Part shown: positions 48,700 to 58,459 of the stretch, in pieces
Position numbering within the stretch: the stretch's first letter is position 1
Layout of the letters: each line of letters begins with the position of its first letter
Origin: an uncultured Verrucomicrobiae bacterium
Lineage (GTDB): Bacteria; Verrucomicrobiota; Verrucomicrobiia; Limisphaerales; UBA11358
Assembly: GCA_963842445.1 (NCBI GenBank)
Contig: CAWJHF010000009.1
Coordinates: 89,086 to 153,085 of the forward strand
Length of the DNA stretch: 64,000 bases
Direction: 5' to 3'
Made by a program: the position numbers and the translations under genes
The notes under the pieces: model-generated
Database searches by the model: none
Told to the model about the DNA's origin: nothing
What the model saw: the letters and a program-made list of their open reading frames with translations, nothing else

Positions 48700-48720
48700 A
48701 CGGGTTGGTTCTTATTTTGA

Positions 48721-50648
48721 CTAGCCAGCGCTCGCGCCGGTTTGAAAACTGCGCCACAAATTTACCGGCAACAGGCCAAGGAGGATGAGGCTGACCTGGG
48801 TGGCGATAAAGAGCATCAGCCATTTGAACGCCGCGTCGGTGAATCCGTAGCTATGCAGGCCGATGCCAAGCATGTTCACGCCGAACCATGACCAACTCGT
48901 GACGATGTTGCCAAACACGGCCAAGTTCATCAGGCCGCGTTCACGCACGAGACCGCCCCAGCGCGCGTGCAGAATGGTCGCATTCCAGAGCACGATGAGC
49001 AGCGCGCCGTTTTCCTTCGGTCCCAGCCCCAGAACCGGCCCCACGATTGGTCGGCCCAGATGCCGCCCAGCACCGTGCCGACAAAGCTGAACAACGTGGC
49101 AAAACAGACGATGCCATAAACCATCCGCGCCAGTGATTTGGCGGTTTCCGCCGAAAGCGTGGTGGTGAACACGCCACGCAGGATGTAGATGATGGCCAGA
49201 AAACCCGCCACAAAGGTCGAGGCGTAGCCGAGGGTGACGGTGACAACGTGGGTGGCGAGCCAGAAATTCGTGTCGAGCACGGCGCGCATCATTTCCATGG
49301 TGTCGCCGCCCAACGCCAGGTTGTGCGCAATGATCTGTGTGACGAAACCGACAAACGCGGCGACGACGCAGCCGATGCCGTCGTGATAAATTTTCTCGAG
49401 GACCATTCCGAGGATGACCGCGGCCCAGCCGATGAAAATGGCCGAGGAATAAAGGTTGGTCACCGGCGGCCGGCCTTCGAGATACATTCTAAAAACGAGG
49501 CCGAAGGTGTGAATCACCCACGCCAAGATCACGAGATAAAACGCCGAACGCCGGAGCCAGTCGGACAGGTTAAACCAAGAGAGCAACGCCAGCACCAGGG
49601 CGAGTACGTAGATGACCGTGGCCTTGTAGAACGGCTGGAGGGTGCTGAAAAAACACTCCTTGTTCGCCTTGCGCACCTGCGGCGCGAAACGATCGGCCAG
49701 CCACGCGTGGTATTCACCGACCAAGCGGTTGAAATCATCCGGCAACCCGGAACGATAGGCGGTGACCATCGCGGCATAATATTTGGTCGCCGGGTTGAGT
49801 TCGCCCGTGCGCGCGGTCTGCATGAGGTTGGTGCCGATATTCTGCCAGGCGTCGCGCGGCAGGCCGGGATCCACGGGCGGAATGGTCAGCGGCAAAGCAA
49901 AACGCGCGACGGTCTCATAGTTGCCCATGAAACCGAGGAGGGTGTTGAAGGCGTTCTGGTCGAATTTCTGGCCGGCGTCACGGGCATTCACGGCGGCGAT
50001 GCCCGGCGCGATGCTCTTCTGGTAGGCGTCCAGTTCCGCCGCAAAATCATCCGAAGCCGGTGGTTTGAGGCTGACTTCGAGCCGCTGGTACAGATTCATC
50101 ATCTCGTACAGTTTCATCAACTGCGATTCGAAGACGGTACGTTTGGAAGCATCAATCGGGTCGATGCGGGCAGCCTGCTTTTCGATTTCATCTGCCTGCG
50201 GTCGGAGTTGGTTAAAGGAATAATATCGCTGACCGTCGGTTAACTTGAGCAATTCGGTCACCTCGTTGTTATCGATGCGAAAAACTTTCAGGTCATCGGC
50301 TTGCTCGGGTTTCATCATCATTTCCAACAACCATTCCGTGGCAGAGAGCGTATTGGTTGTGACCCACCATTCATCGTTGGATGCTTTCGGCACATCGAAC
50401 AATGTGGCAAAGATTCTATTTGCACCGGTGAGCCGCCGCGCTTCCTGAACGGCGACCGTGGATTTGGTGCGGATTTGGAGCAACGAATTGCGGGCGATGG
50501 AATCGAACGGCTGGAACCGGCCATTCATGAGCACGGGCAGGCGGCCAAATTCGCGGACGTGAAAATCGGTTTCGGGCGGCTGGCGCAATCCGGACAAAGC
50601 CCAGACCGCCATCACCACGACCAGAATGAGGGGAATCCACCTTTTCAT
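48721..50648 (-). CDS. ccsA: System II cytochrome c biogenesis protein CcsA/ResC with N-terminal periplasmic extension, with reading frame interrupted near 49017
   Basis: The Trp-rich heme-handling motif is split: WADQSWGRFWGWD ends frame 1, and PKENGALLIVLWNATILHARWGG continues in ORF 48721-49044. Confidence 0.8.
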
Positions 50649-50671
50649 AACATCGAGGACAAGTTGGATTT

Positions 50672-50724
50672 GGAGTGCGGCGACATGTCGCCGCTTTCAA
50701 AGCGCGGACATGTCCGCGCATTCC
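50672..50724. repeat. Twin palindromes gcggcgacatgtcgccgc / gcgcggacatgtccgcgc
   Basis: Lies between ccsB and ccsA. Confidence 0.6.
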
Positions 50725-50799
50725 ATATTCCGGCTCGCGAGGACGCTCGCCCCACCGGTTTCCGCCCCGGAAATCGTAAATTGCGGGGAATCCACTTTT

Positions 50800-52044
50800 T
50801 CATGACTTCTTTTTCTCCTTTCCGGGAGCGCCGGGGTCACGCCGGCCGGACAGGTTCACACGAACACCGCTGGCCACCGGCGGAACGGCGGCAGGTGCCG
50901 GAACGACGATGCGTCGTTTCAAAAAAGGAATCAAGTGGCTGAGGAACTGGATGACCAAGCCGGTCGCCACGAGTACACACGAGAAATAGGGAGTGAGCCA
51001 GCTTGGATTATGCACCACCTGCAACACGCTGCCGTGGTCGTCGGGGTCGAAGCTGGCCTGATAAAACGTTTCACCGGCGTAACGCAGCGGGTTGTTCATG
51101 AAAATCCGTACTTCACGGTCCTCGCCGTTCTCCAGGTTTTGCAACCGGACACGGCTGGAGAAATTTTTGGGGATGTCGGTGCCGGGATATTTGTCGTGCC
51201 GGAATTCGATGAGATGGAGGCTGAACGGCAGGTAATAACGTTCCTGTCGCAGCAACAATTCATAGGAACGGTTGTTGTAGGTGAACGCTTGCGGCTGGTC
51301 CAGCCAGGCAGAAACGAGGAACGTGCCCAGCGAGCCTTGCGGGGTGGTGATTTCGACGGTGGCCGACGGCATATCGAGCCGGTTCATTTCGGTTTCGCGC
51401 GGGACTTCGCGCCACCAGATGCCAGAACCAAGGCCGGTGGTGGTTTTGACCGGCTCATAACCCGGCTGGGACTGCTGTTCGAGCAACGAATTGGCGTAAA
51501 AGGTTTTCACCCGCGCACGGAACGGCATTTCCGGGTCGCCCACTTCGCCGTGCCGGACGAGCAGGCTGCAGGGGATGGCGACGACCTTGTCCGAGTCCGG
51601 ATCGATCGTGTCGATGACGGCCAGTTCGTAGGCGCGTTCGGCCTCGGAGTAATTTTTTGTCTCGCCGATGCGCAGGTGCAGGGCGCTTTCCCGGGACAGG
51701 AAATCTGTGAGCATCTGCCCGACCAGCAACAGCACGACGCCAAGATGAATCAGCAGAATGCCGATTTTTCGTTTGCCAGGCTGATAATAGCGGAAGTGCG
51801 CGACGAACAGGTTGATGAGCAGCACGGTGCCGATGAAGTAACCGCCGGGAAAGATGGGAATGTGGAAACTGGAGCCGTCTGGTGTCCAATAGACGAAAAA
51901 GCTGCGGAAAAATTCGTTCTGGGCCTTGAAGAGGCCGAGATGCACCTGGGCGATGGTGCCCCAGAATACAATCACGCAGCCGAGCGCCAGGCACGTGACG
52001 GTGAGCTTGAGCGAGGAAAAAAAACGGTATAAGCTCGCGAGCAT
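50800..52044 (-). CDS. ccsB: System II cytochrome c biogenesis protein CcsB/ResB
   Basis: N-terminal FFSSLKLTVTCLALGCVIVFWGTIAQ, large periplasmic loop, C-terminal TM helix, His residues in ResB-like positions. Confidence 0.8.
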   Translation of the reverse strand: MLASLYRFFSSLKLTVTCLALGCVIVFWGTIAQVHLGLFKAQNEFFRSFFVYWTPDGSSFHIPIFPGGYFIGTVLLINLFVAHFRYYQPGKRKIGILLIHLGVVLLLVGQMLTDFLSRESALHLRIGETKNYSEAERAYELAVIDTIDPDSDKVVAIPCSLLVRHGEVGDPEMPFRARVKTFYANSLLEQQSQPGYEPVKTTTGLGSGIWWREVPRETEMNRLDMPSATVEITTPQGSLGTFLVSAWLDQPQAFTYNNRSYELLLRQERYYLPFSLHLIEFRHDKYPGTDIPKNFSSRVRLQNLENGEDREVRIFMNNPLRYAGETFYQASFDPDDHGSVLQVVHNPSWLTPYFSCVLVATGLVIQFLSHLIPFLKRRIVVPAPAAVPPVASGVRVNLSGRRDPGAPGKEKKKS

Positions 52045-52045
52045 T

Positions 52046-53263
52046 TCAATATTTCACGCCTTGGACGAATTGAGTGAACGCGGCCTTCTGGCTTTCGACG
52101 ACTCTGGGGTCGCCCATGAGCTTGTAAAACCACGTCTGGTCGGATTGAGGAACGACCACGCCCACAAGCCGGGTGGGCAGGCCGGTGCGTGCATCCGTGC
52201 CACTCAGGTCCACCAGCGACGCCTTGCCGACCGCCACGTCAATCGTTGTGACCGATTGATTCACTTCGGCTTCGGACCACGGGACCAGGCCAAGCTGGCC
52301 GCGCCAGCGGTTGATGTTGCCAATCAAACCACCACCTTCACCGGCAGCACTGCTGACGTTGACAGCGGCGGTGGCCCCGCCATCGCCGGTGAGCATGAAT
52401 TTGGCGACGAGGAATTGTCCGCCGGAAACCTCCTGCCAGCCAGCCGGCACCTGCCAGTTCGGCTTGCCTTCACTTGAAATCGGGGCGGCGGCCAGAGACG
52501 CCCCCACGCTCGTGTCGCCGATGGCCGGATGCCCCGGCGGTAAAGCGGTCTGCGTCGGCGCGGCGGTGAAATTCAGCGATTTGAGGAAGGCGACGAACGC
52601 TGGTTTTTGTTGTTCAACCAAGCCAGCGTCACCAGTCATTTTGAAAAACCAGGCCATGTCGTTACGATGCTGAATCACACCCAGAATACGTTCCGCGCCA
52701 CCGCTGCCCGGGTTTTGACCGGCGATGTCGTAGAGCTGCGCGGGCTGGCCGGCGGCTTCAACGTCTTCAGCGGATTTTTTCAGTTCTTCCGGCGACACGG
52801 GTGATAATCCAACCTGGCCGCGCCAGCGGTTGACATTGGCTGCGTCGCTGCCGGCCAAGCCGGGCAGGGGAATAACACTGACGTCGGCTGATTTGCCGTC
52901 CGCGCCGGTCACTTTGAATGACGCCACGCGCATTTCACTGGGCGGGATCTCGGTCCACCCGTCCGGCGTTTTCCAGGTCAACTGCGGCAGGGCGGATGCC
53001 GCAGGTAGCGCGGCCGCGGATGCGGACGAGATGTCCGGATGCCCCGGCGGCAACGACGGGTTGGGCGAATCGGTGGGCAGGGCGGGTGCGGTTTGCTGCT
53101 GTGGCTGGTCCTGGTCCTTGGCGACGCGATAAACCTTGACTTCATCGCGGTGGCAACCGGCGGCGAGGAACAAGAACGGGACCAGGACAGAGAGCCGCCA
53201 AAGGGGTTGAGGAAGCCGCTGCACGAGAGTGGCCGTGAACTTTTTAATCGGATTTCTTTTCAC
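52046..53263 (-). CDS. Lipoprotein with internally duplicated domain (function unknown)
   Basis: Lipobox LFLAAGC. Two homologous halves, each starting LPPGHP(D/A)I and containing (V/I)NRWRGQ(V/L)GL. Stop is 1 nt before the ccsB start. Confidence 0.65.
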   Translation of the reverse strand: MKRNPIKKFTATLVQRLPQPLWRLSVLVPFLFLAAGCHRDEVKVYRVAKDQDQPQQQTAPALPTDSPNPSLPPGHPDISSASAAALPAASALPQLTWKTPDGWTEIPPSEMRVASFKVTGADGKSADVSVIPLPGLAGSDAANVNRWRGQVGLSPVSPEELKKSAEDVEAAGQPAQLYDIAGQNPGSGGAERILGVIQHRNDMAWFFKMTGDAGLVEQQKPAFVAFLKSLNFTAAPTQTALPPGHPAIGDTSVGASLAAAPISSEGKPNWQVPAGWQEVSGGQFLVAKFMLTGDGGATAAVNVSSAAGEGGGLIGNINRWRGQLGLVPWSEAEVNQSVTTIDVAVGKASLVDLSGTDARTGLPTRLVGVVVPQSDQTWFYKLMGDPRVVESQKAAFTQFVQGVKY

Positions 53264-53385
53264 AATACAAAATTAGATTACGGATTGGTGAAGATTCAAG
53301 TTTATTCTGGAAGGATGACACGGATATTCATGATTCATCGCGGCTTAATCAACGCTGCGCAGCGAAAGGACCGTTTGGGTGCCGC

Positions 53386-55527
53386 TTAAAATCGGTATTG
53401 GAGGCTGGCAAAGATGACGTGGGCATCGTAATTGAAGTTGCCGCCGGACGCCGCATCTTCGTAGTGGGCGAACGCGTATTTCAGGTTGAGACGCAGGTTT
53501 TTGGTGATCCGGCGGGAGAGTGCCGCAGTAACGCTGTGTTCCTCGTTATCGGTTCCGAGCGGCACGCCGTCAACAATGTTGTTCTGGCCGTCGGCGGCGC
53601 GGTAATAAAAGTAACCGATGTTCAAATCGGTTTTGTCGTCCAGCACGAAATCCGAGTTGAAATTGATCGTCCAGTAATTGTTTTGCGAGTTGAGGACGGA
53701 CTGGGTCAGAATGGAGCCGGGGGTTGGCGGTGTCTCCGTGGTGCTGCGGACATAATTGAATCCGGCCTGCAGGCCAAGCCAGTTCAACGGCGTCCAGCTC
53801 GCGTTCTGGCCGATGATGTGGGTGTACATTTTCGAGGAATCCACTTCGCTCAAGCCGGACGCGGGGTCGGGCCGCGTATTGATGGTGGAGTACTGATATT
53901 CGTAGCGGCTGACGAGCGTGATGTTTTTCGGCAGGCGCAGCGTCAGGCGGATATTGCCGTCCCAAGTTTGAAATCCCTGATACACAATAAACCCGGGATA
54001 CAACGGGTTATCGGGGCCGGCATTGTTCGGCGTGCTGTCCTGCGTGAAGTTGTAGGTGTAGGTGTTGATTTTATAATAGCCGCCGACATCGAGGCTGGCC
54101 TGTCGGACGGGATACCACCGGGCGCTGGCAAAATATTTTTGGAAAAGACGCGAATCGTCGGTCGCGAATTGCACCGGATTGGGACCGATGCCATTTACTT
54201 GGAGCAGACCCCCGTTTTCGTACAGATTTCCCTGTCCCTCCGTCCATTGGCCGCCGGCGTTGAAGACCCAGTTGGTCATGGCGGTGTAGCGCAGGTCCAA
54301 GCGTTCACACACGTCGAGGGAATCGCGTCCGCTGTTGGACAAGATGTTGTCTTGCGTGTCAGTGTTCAAGGTGCCGGTGACGACGGAATCGGCATTCCAA
54401 TCCTCCCTTTGCACCCGGATCGAAGGGCTTATGGTAAAAGTCTTCGTCGGCAGCGACATGAGGTTGACGTTCAGGACATACTGGTGCTCGTGGGCAACGC
54501 CGTTGAGATTGACGTAGCCATAATCAAGGCCAGGGTAAGCCGGTGAATAAACCACGTCAAAATCATCTCCATAAATCCGGCTGCCGGTGAAGGTGTCGTC
54601 CAGATTGGCAAACATGAATCCGGCGGACAGGAACAGGTTGTTTTTGATCCAGCTTTCGGCGAAGGCATGGGTGCTCAACATGTCGTAGGACGTGCCCTCT
54701 TGATCAGTGACTTTTTGCTGAATGGGTTCCCCCGACCAGAAGGTCAACTCGTGGGCGTCATTCAAATCACCTGTCTCATAGCTTACCCCCACCCCGTAAT
54801 TCACTTTCTTGTAATGATGAGTCAGATCGAGTTGGAACGTGTCGGACGTTTCATCAATGCTGTAAATTCCCGGATACACCGCGTAGATATTCCCGCTGCT
54901 GGGATCATGGACCGGTCCCCAGAGGGTCGAGCTTTCATCGCCATTCCGGTAGCTGTGACTGTATTTGAAGGTGATTTGCGGAAGGTCTGGTTTGGTCAGC
55001 CCGGCCTCGAAGGTAATCAGGCCGCGGTCCAGTGCCAGCGCGTCGCCCGGCAGCGCATACGAAAGCTGCGCGTCGGGGATGTATCCTCCGGTGCCAGAAT
55101 CCCAGGTGCGGAAATTCTCAAAGTGGACGCGGACAAAACCCAGATCATCGCGAACCAAGCCGAGGCCGACGCTGTAATCGTGATCATCAAAAATGGAGTG
55201 TCCGTCCAACGTGAAAGTGGTCTTCTTGGCCACCTGATCTTCGTAGTGCAGGTCCTCGATGCCGCCAAAGACCCCCGTGTTGAGTTGTTTCCCTTGGACC
55301 GCCTGGTTCGCGTAACCCTGCGTCAACATGGCGCCGGAGGAAAGCTCGATCCAGTTGCTGTAACTGTTGGTGCCGCCTTCATACGACTGTTGCGGGGTGA
55401 TGGCGTCACCCGCCCGTGCCGCTGGTGCGCCGAGGACGACCAAGGACGCGCCGATGACATATCGGCCGAGGCCGGGTTTTCGCCGTCCGGCGCGAAGCAG
55501 TTTTGACTTTCGATATTTCTTTTTCAT
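53386..55527 (-). CDS. Large outer-membrane beta-barrel protein (porin component candidate, MtrB/PioB-like in size and context)
   Basis: Signal peptide ending APAARAGD, 713 aa of alternating amphipathic strands rich in Y/G/N/T/D, C-terminal ASLQYRF. Confidence 0.7.
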   Translation of the reverse strand: MKKKYRKSKLLRAGRRKPGLGRYVIGASLVVLGAPAARAGDAITPQQSYEGGTNSYSNWIELSSGAMLTQGYANQAVQGKQLNTGVFGGIEDLHYEDQVAKKTTFTLDGHSIFDDHDYSVGLGLVRDDLGFVRVHFENFRTWDSGTGGYIPDAQLSYALPGDALALDRGLITFEAGLTKPDLPQITFKYSHSYRNGDESSTLWGPVHDPSSGNIYAVYPGIYSIDETSDTFQLDLTHHYKKVNYGVGVSYETGDLNDAHELTFWSGEPIQQKVTDQEGTSYDMLSTHAFAESWIKNNLFLSAGFMFANLDDTFTGSRIYGDDFDVVYSPAYPGLDYGYVNLNGVAHEHQYVLNVNLMSLPTKTFTISPSIRVQREDWNADSVVTGTLNTDTQDNILSNSGRDSLDVCERLDLRYTAMTNWVFNAGGQWTEGQGNLYENGGLLQVNGIGPNPVQFATDDSRLFQKYFASARWYPVRQASLDVGGYYKINTYTYNFTQDSTPNNAGPDNPLYPGFIVYQGFQTWDGNIRLTLRLPKNITLVSRYEYQYSTINTRPDPASGLSEVDSSKMYTHIIGQNASWTPLNWLGLQAGFNYVRSTTETPPTPGSILTQSVLNSQNNYWTINFNSDFVLDDKTDLNIGYFYYRAADGQNNIVDGVPLGTDNEEHSVTAALSRRITKNLRLNLKYAFAHYEDAASGGNFNYDAHVIFASLQYRF

Positions 55528-55545
55528 CGGCTGCCGGGGCGTTGG

Positions 55546-56406
55546 TTAAAATCTGAGGGACGGACTCACACGGGAGCCGTGAACCGCCTCGTGACAACCG
55601 GCGCTCCAGCAGGCGCCCTGGCTCAAGCGGCTGTCGTGTGGAACGCCGCCAATATAAATGCCTCCATTTTTGTACTGCTGGAAATGGCATTTCAAACACA
55701 GGTTCGCATTGCGTTCGGTGAGCATTTTGGCGTTGACGCTGCCGTGCGGGGAATGACAGGTGGTGCAGCCTTCGCGCAGGGCTTCGTGTTCAAAGACAAA
55801 TGGCCCCTGCTGGGAAGGATGGCATTGGACGCAGTTTTCCTCCTGCGAAAGCAACTGGGTGCTGCCGCCAGCAAAGGCGATGCCCTTGTGCGGGGGATGG
55901 CATAGGATGCAAGTCATTCGTCCTTCGGGCACAGGATGGTGGTTGGGCAGATTGAACTGGCCGCGCACGTCCATGTGACATTGGTAACAGGCCGTCTCGA
56001 TCTTGCGCGCCGGGTCGAGCGGGAACCGCCCACTCAGCCCCTCCGGCTGCGGCCGACCGGCGGTGAAGCTGTAAGGCGGTTTAACATCGCCGCCCGAATC
56101 CTCATGCAAACTGCAAGGGCCGTGGCAGGATTCGCAACCGGCATCGAGCCCGTTTTTGCCCCGGGCGATGAGCCGCGCGTGGTCGGCGGTCTTGAAGCTG
56201 CGGCAGATTTCGTCGTGGCATTGTTCGCAGTCCGCGGAGCCGACGTACTTTGCACCCGGCACGTCCGGGAGCACCACCGCCTGGCGGCTGATGGTGCTGC
56301 AGGAAATAACTGCCAACAGCACAACAACCACGCCGGCCACCAGCGCCAGGTTTCGGCCACGCCACCCACGCCGCGGTAGCAGTTTGATGAAAGAAAATTT
56401 TGTCAT
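55546..56406 (-). CDS. Eight-heme c-type cytochrome (7 CXXCH + 1 CX4CH), lipobox-like signal
   Basis: VLLAVISC leader. CEQCH, CESCH, CYQCH, CILCH, CVQCH, CTTCH, CLKCH and CWSAGCH. Confidence 0.85.
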   Translation of the reverse strand: MTKFSFIKLLPRRGWRGRNLALVAGVVVVLLAVISCSTISRQAVVLPDVPGAKYVGSADCEQCHDEICRSFKTADHARLIARGKNGLDAGCESCHGPCSLHEDSGGDVKPPYSFTAGRPQPEGLSGRFPLDPARKIETACYQCHMDVRGQFNLPNHHPVPEGRMTCILCHPPHKGIAFAGGSTQLLSQEENCVQCHPSQQGPFVFEHEALREGCTTCHSPHGSVNAKMLTERNANLCLKCHFQQYKNGGIYIGGVPHDSRLSQGACWSAGCHEAVHGSRVSPSLRF

Positions 56407-56472
56407 GCGGATTTTTAGTTGTCGGTCATTTCACGCATATTCGGAAAACGCGCCGTTGTCGTGGCCTGCCGC

Positions 56473-58191
56473 TCATGGGTCTAATTCCTGGCCGATCAAG
56501 TTTTCAGCCGCGGACAACAGGTTAAGGGTAAAAATCCAATTGTGCGCGCCGAGGCTGCCGTCATTGACCACGAGATACAAATCGAACCGGGCCTTTTTGA
56601 TGTTGTCCGGGATCAGGGCCTGGCCGGCGGCGTTAGGCCCGCTGGAATTCACCTGGTCTGCCAACGTCCAACTGGTCACGTACCCCGCCGAGTTGGTCTG
56701 CCAGACCAATCCGCCCGGTGTCGTGTATTCCCAGATGACGGTCCCGTTGGTCCGCAACGCCGCCGGCGCCTGGGTGGCAGCCCACTGGTTCAATTCGTCA
56801 ATTACCAGGGAAACATCGTCGGAGACGCCAGGCGCCGATTGTCCGGGGTCAGTGAGATGACAGTTCATGCAGACATCGTGGGAAGCCACTTCGAACGTGT
56901 GGCTGAGAGTGTTGGCCGGCGGGGCGTCCGGTTGCATATGGCAGGACACGCATTGATTGGTCAGATAAAACGTGCCGTTCGTGGAGTACTTGGCGGAATC
57001 CGGCAGTCCCGCGTGCGTACCGGGATTGAAAATGGCCGGGCTGTCTGTCACGCCATTCCACAATTGCCCGACGGAACCGAGCAGGAAGTCGTACTGCAGC
57101 GAACGATGCGGCGCATAGGAGGTGTCCGTCCACGCGGCCCCGCGGGAGTTATGACACTGGCCGCAGAGATTGATGTTCGTGTTCGCCGCGTATTTGTTCG
57201 TAAACACGTCCGTGGGGGAGAGTGAAAAATAGTTGGTCGAGAAGATGGGATTGCGGAGCTGCGCCGGATTGGAATTGGTCTGGTGTGGATCGTGACAAAC
57301 GGCGCAGGTGATGGCGACGTCCAAGTCGTTCGTGAGCGTGAGGGGATTCTGACCGTTGATCAAGGCGAGCCGGACGGAGCCGGAATGACATTGGCCGCAA
57401 CTGCTGATGTTGTTGGTGGACGCACTTATGACCTGCAGCGCATCCGGCACCACGGTGGCATGGTCGCTGGTGTTCCATTCCTCGTAAGTAGGCTGCATGG
57501 GTCCGGTGTGGCAGCCGCCGCAAACGGTGGCGGCGATTTCCACGCGCGGGACCACCGTAGGGTCATCCTCGCTGGCCGCATGATTGGCCGCTGGCCCGTG
57601 ACAATTTTCACACTGCACCCCCGCCAGGTTGGTGGCGTAGGAAAAAACTCCGTTCTTGTTGGTGAAACTGAACCCGGTTGGCAAACCATAGCCAACCGTG
57701 TGGCAGGGCAGGCACGAACTGTTGGTCTGGCCGCCGGCGGCCTTGAACGCCGGGCTGCTGAAGGCGCTGGCGTGGAGCGTGTTTGTCTCGTACTGGCAGA
57801 TGCTCAAATGACACGTGAGGCAGACCTTCAAGCCGGCATAGTTCGGCGCCGGACCAGAGACGCGGAAGAAGGCATTGCTGTAGAGCTTTGTGATGACGGC
57901 GTAGCGGACCAGATTGGTAGCCTTGCCCAGCGTCATCCACGGGGCCAGCAAGCTGTTGCTTTTCTGATAGACCTGATAATAACCGGAGGGGCCGTCCCAA
58001 GTGACCTGCACGCCGTTGGTCAACTGTTCAATCCCGCCCATGACCGGCATTCCCGGCATCCCTCCCGGCTGGGTGGTGCCCAAGTGTTGGACCGATTGGG
58101 CCATCAGGGACGATGCAGTGAAAAGAATGCCCGCCGTCAGAATCAACCATGGCCTCTGGTTGGACGGCAAAGCCCTGACGCGGTTCATCAT
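56473..58191 (-). CDS. Nine-heme c-type cytochrome with N-terminal beta-sandwich domain
   Basis: ATG at 58191, signal peptide ...SSLMAQS. CLTCH, CLPCH, CENCH, CGGCH, CGQCH, CAVCH, CGQCH, CVSCH, CMNCH. Confidence 0.85.
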   Translation of the reverse strand: MMNRVRALPSNQRPWLILTAGILFTASSLMAQSVQHLGTTQPGGMPGMPVMGGIEQLTNGVQVTWDGPSGYYQVYQKSNSLLAPWMTLGKATNLVRYAVITKLYSNAFFRVSGPAPNYAGLKVCLTCHLSICQYETNTLHASAFSSPAFKAAGGQTNSSCLPCHTVGYGLPTGFSFTNKNGVFSYATNLAGVQCENCHGPAANHAASEDDPTVVPRVEIAATVCGGCHTGPMQPTYEEWNTSDHATVVPDALQVISASTNNISSCGQCHSGSVRLALINGQNPLTLTNDLDVAITCAVCHDPHQTNSNPAQLRNPIFSTNYFSLSPTDVFTNKYAANTNINLCGQCHNSRGAAWTDTSYAPHRSLQYDFLLGSVGQLWNGVTDSPAIFNPGTHAGLPDSAKYSTNGTFYLTNQCVSCHMQPDAPPANTLSHTFEVASHDVCMNCHLTDPGQSAPGVSDDVSLVIDELNQWAATQAPAALRTNGTVIWEYTTPGGLVWQTNSAGYVTSWTLADQVNSSGPNAAGQALIPDNIKKARFDLYLVVNDGSLGAHNWIFTLNLLSAAENLIGQELDP

Positions 58192-58459
58192 ATCGCATTT
58201 GAGCCGTCTCCCATCCTGTGCCGGGCAGTGCGGCGCGCGTCGAACCATTGGATGCAACTTTGCAACGCCAGAACAAAGAACAACAAATGGAACTTTGTTC
58301 AACATATTCTTCGCTTGAAGGATACTCCCGCCCGGCGCGCGAACCAACCTTCAATTGCTTCATACTCGTCAAAAATTGCCTACCCTGGCTGGCGGCATCA
58401 CCTGCCGGTACAGCCTGCCCGCCCGCCCCGGAATTTTCTAAAATTGACAGACCACAATT

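Noticed and set aside
49248-52032. 331-aa and 365-aa plus-strand ORFs
   Set aside because: They are antisense to ccsA and ccsB, whose TM topology and Trp-rich motif identify the coding strand.
53398-55506. Two long plus-strand ORFs (382 aa and 279 aa)
   Set aside because: They are antisense to the beta-barrel gene. The minus-strand product has a signal peptide, strand periodicity and a C-terminal aromatic residue, whereas the plus-strand products are Val/Gly/Arg-rich noise.
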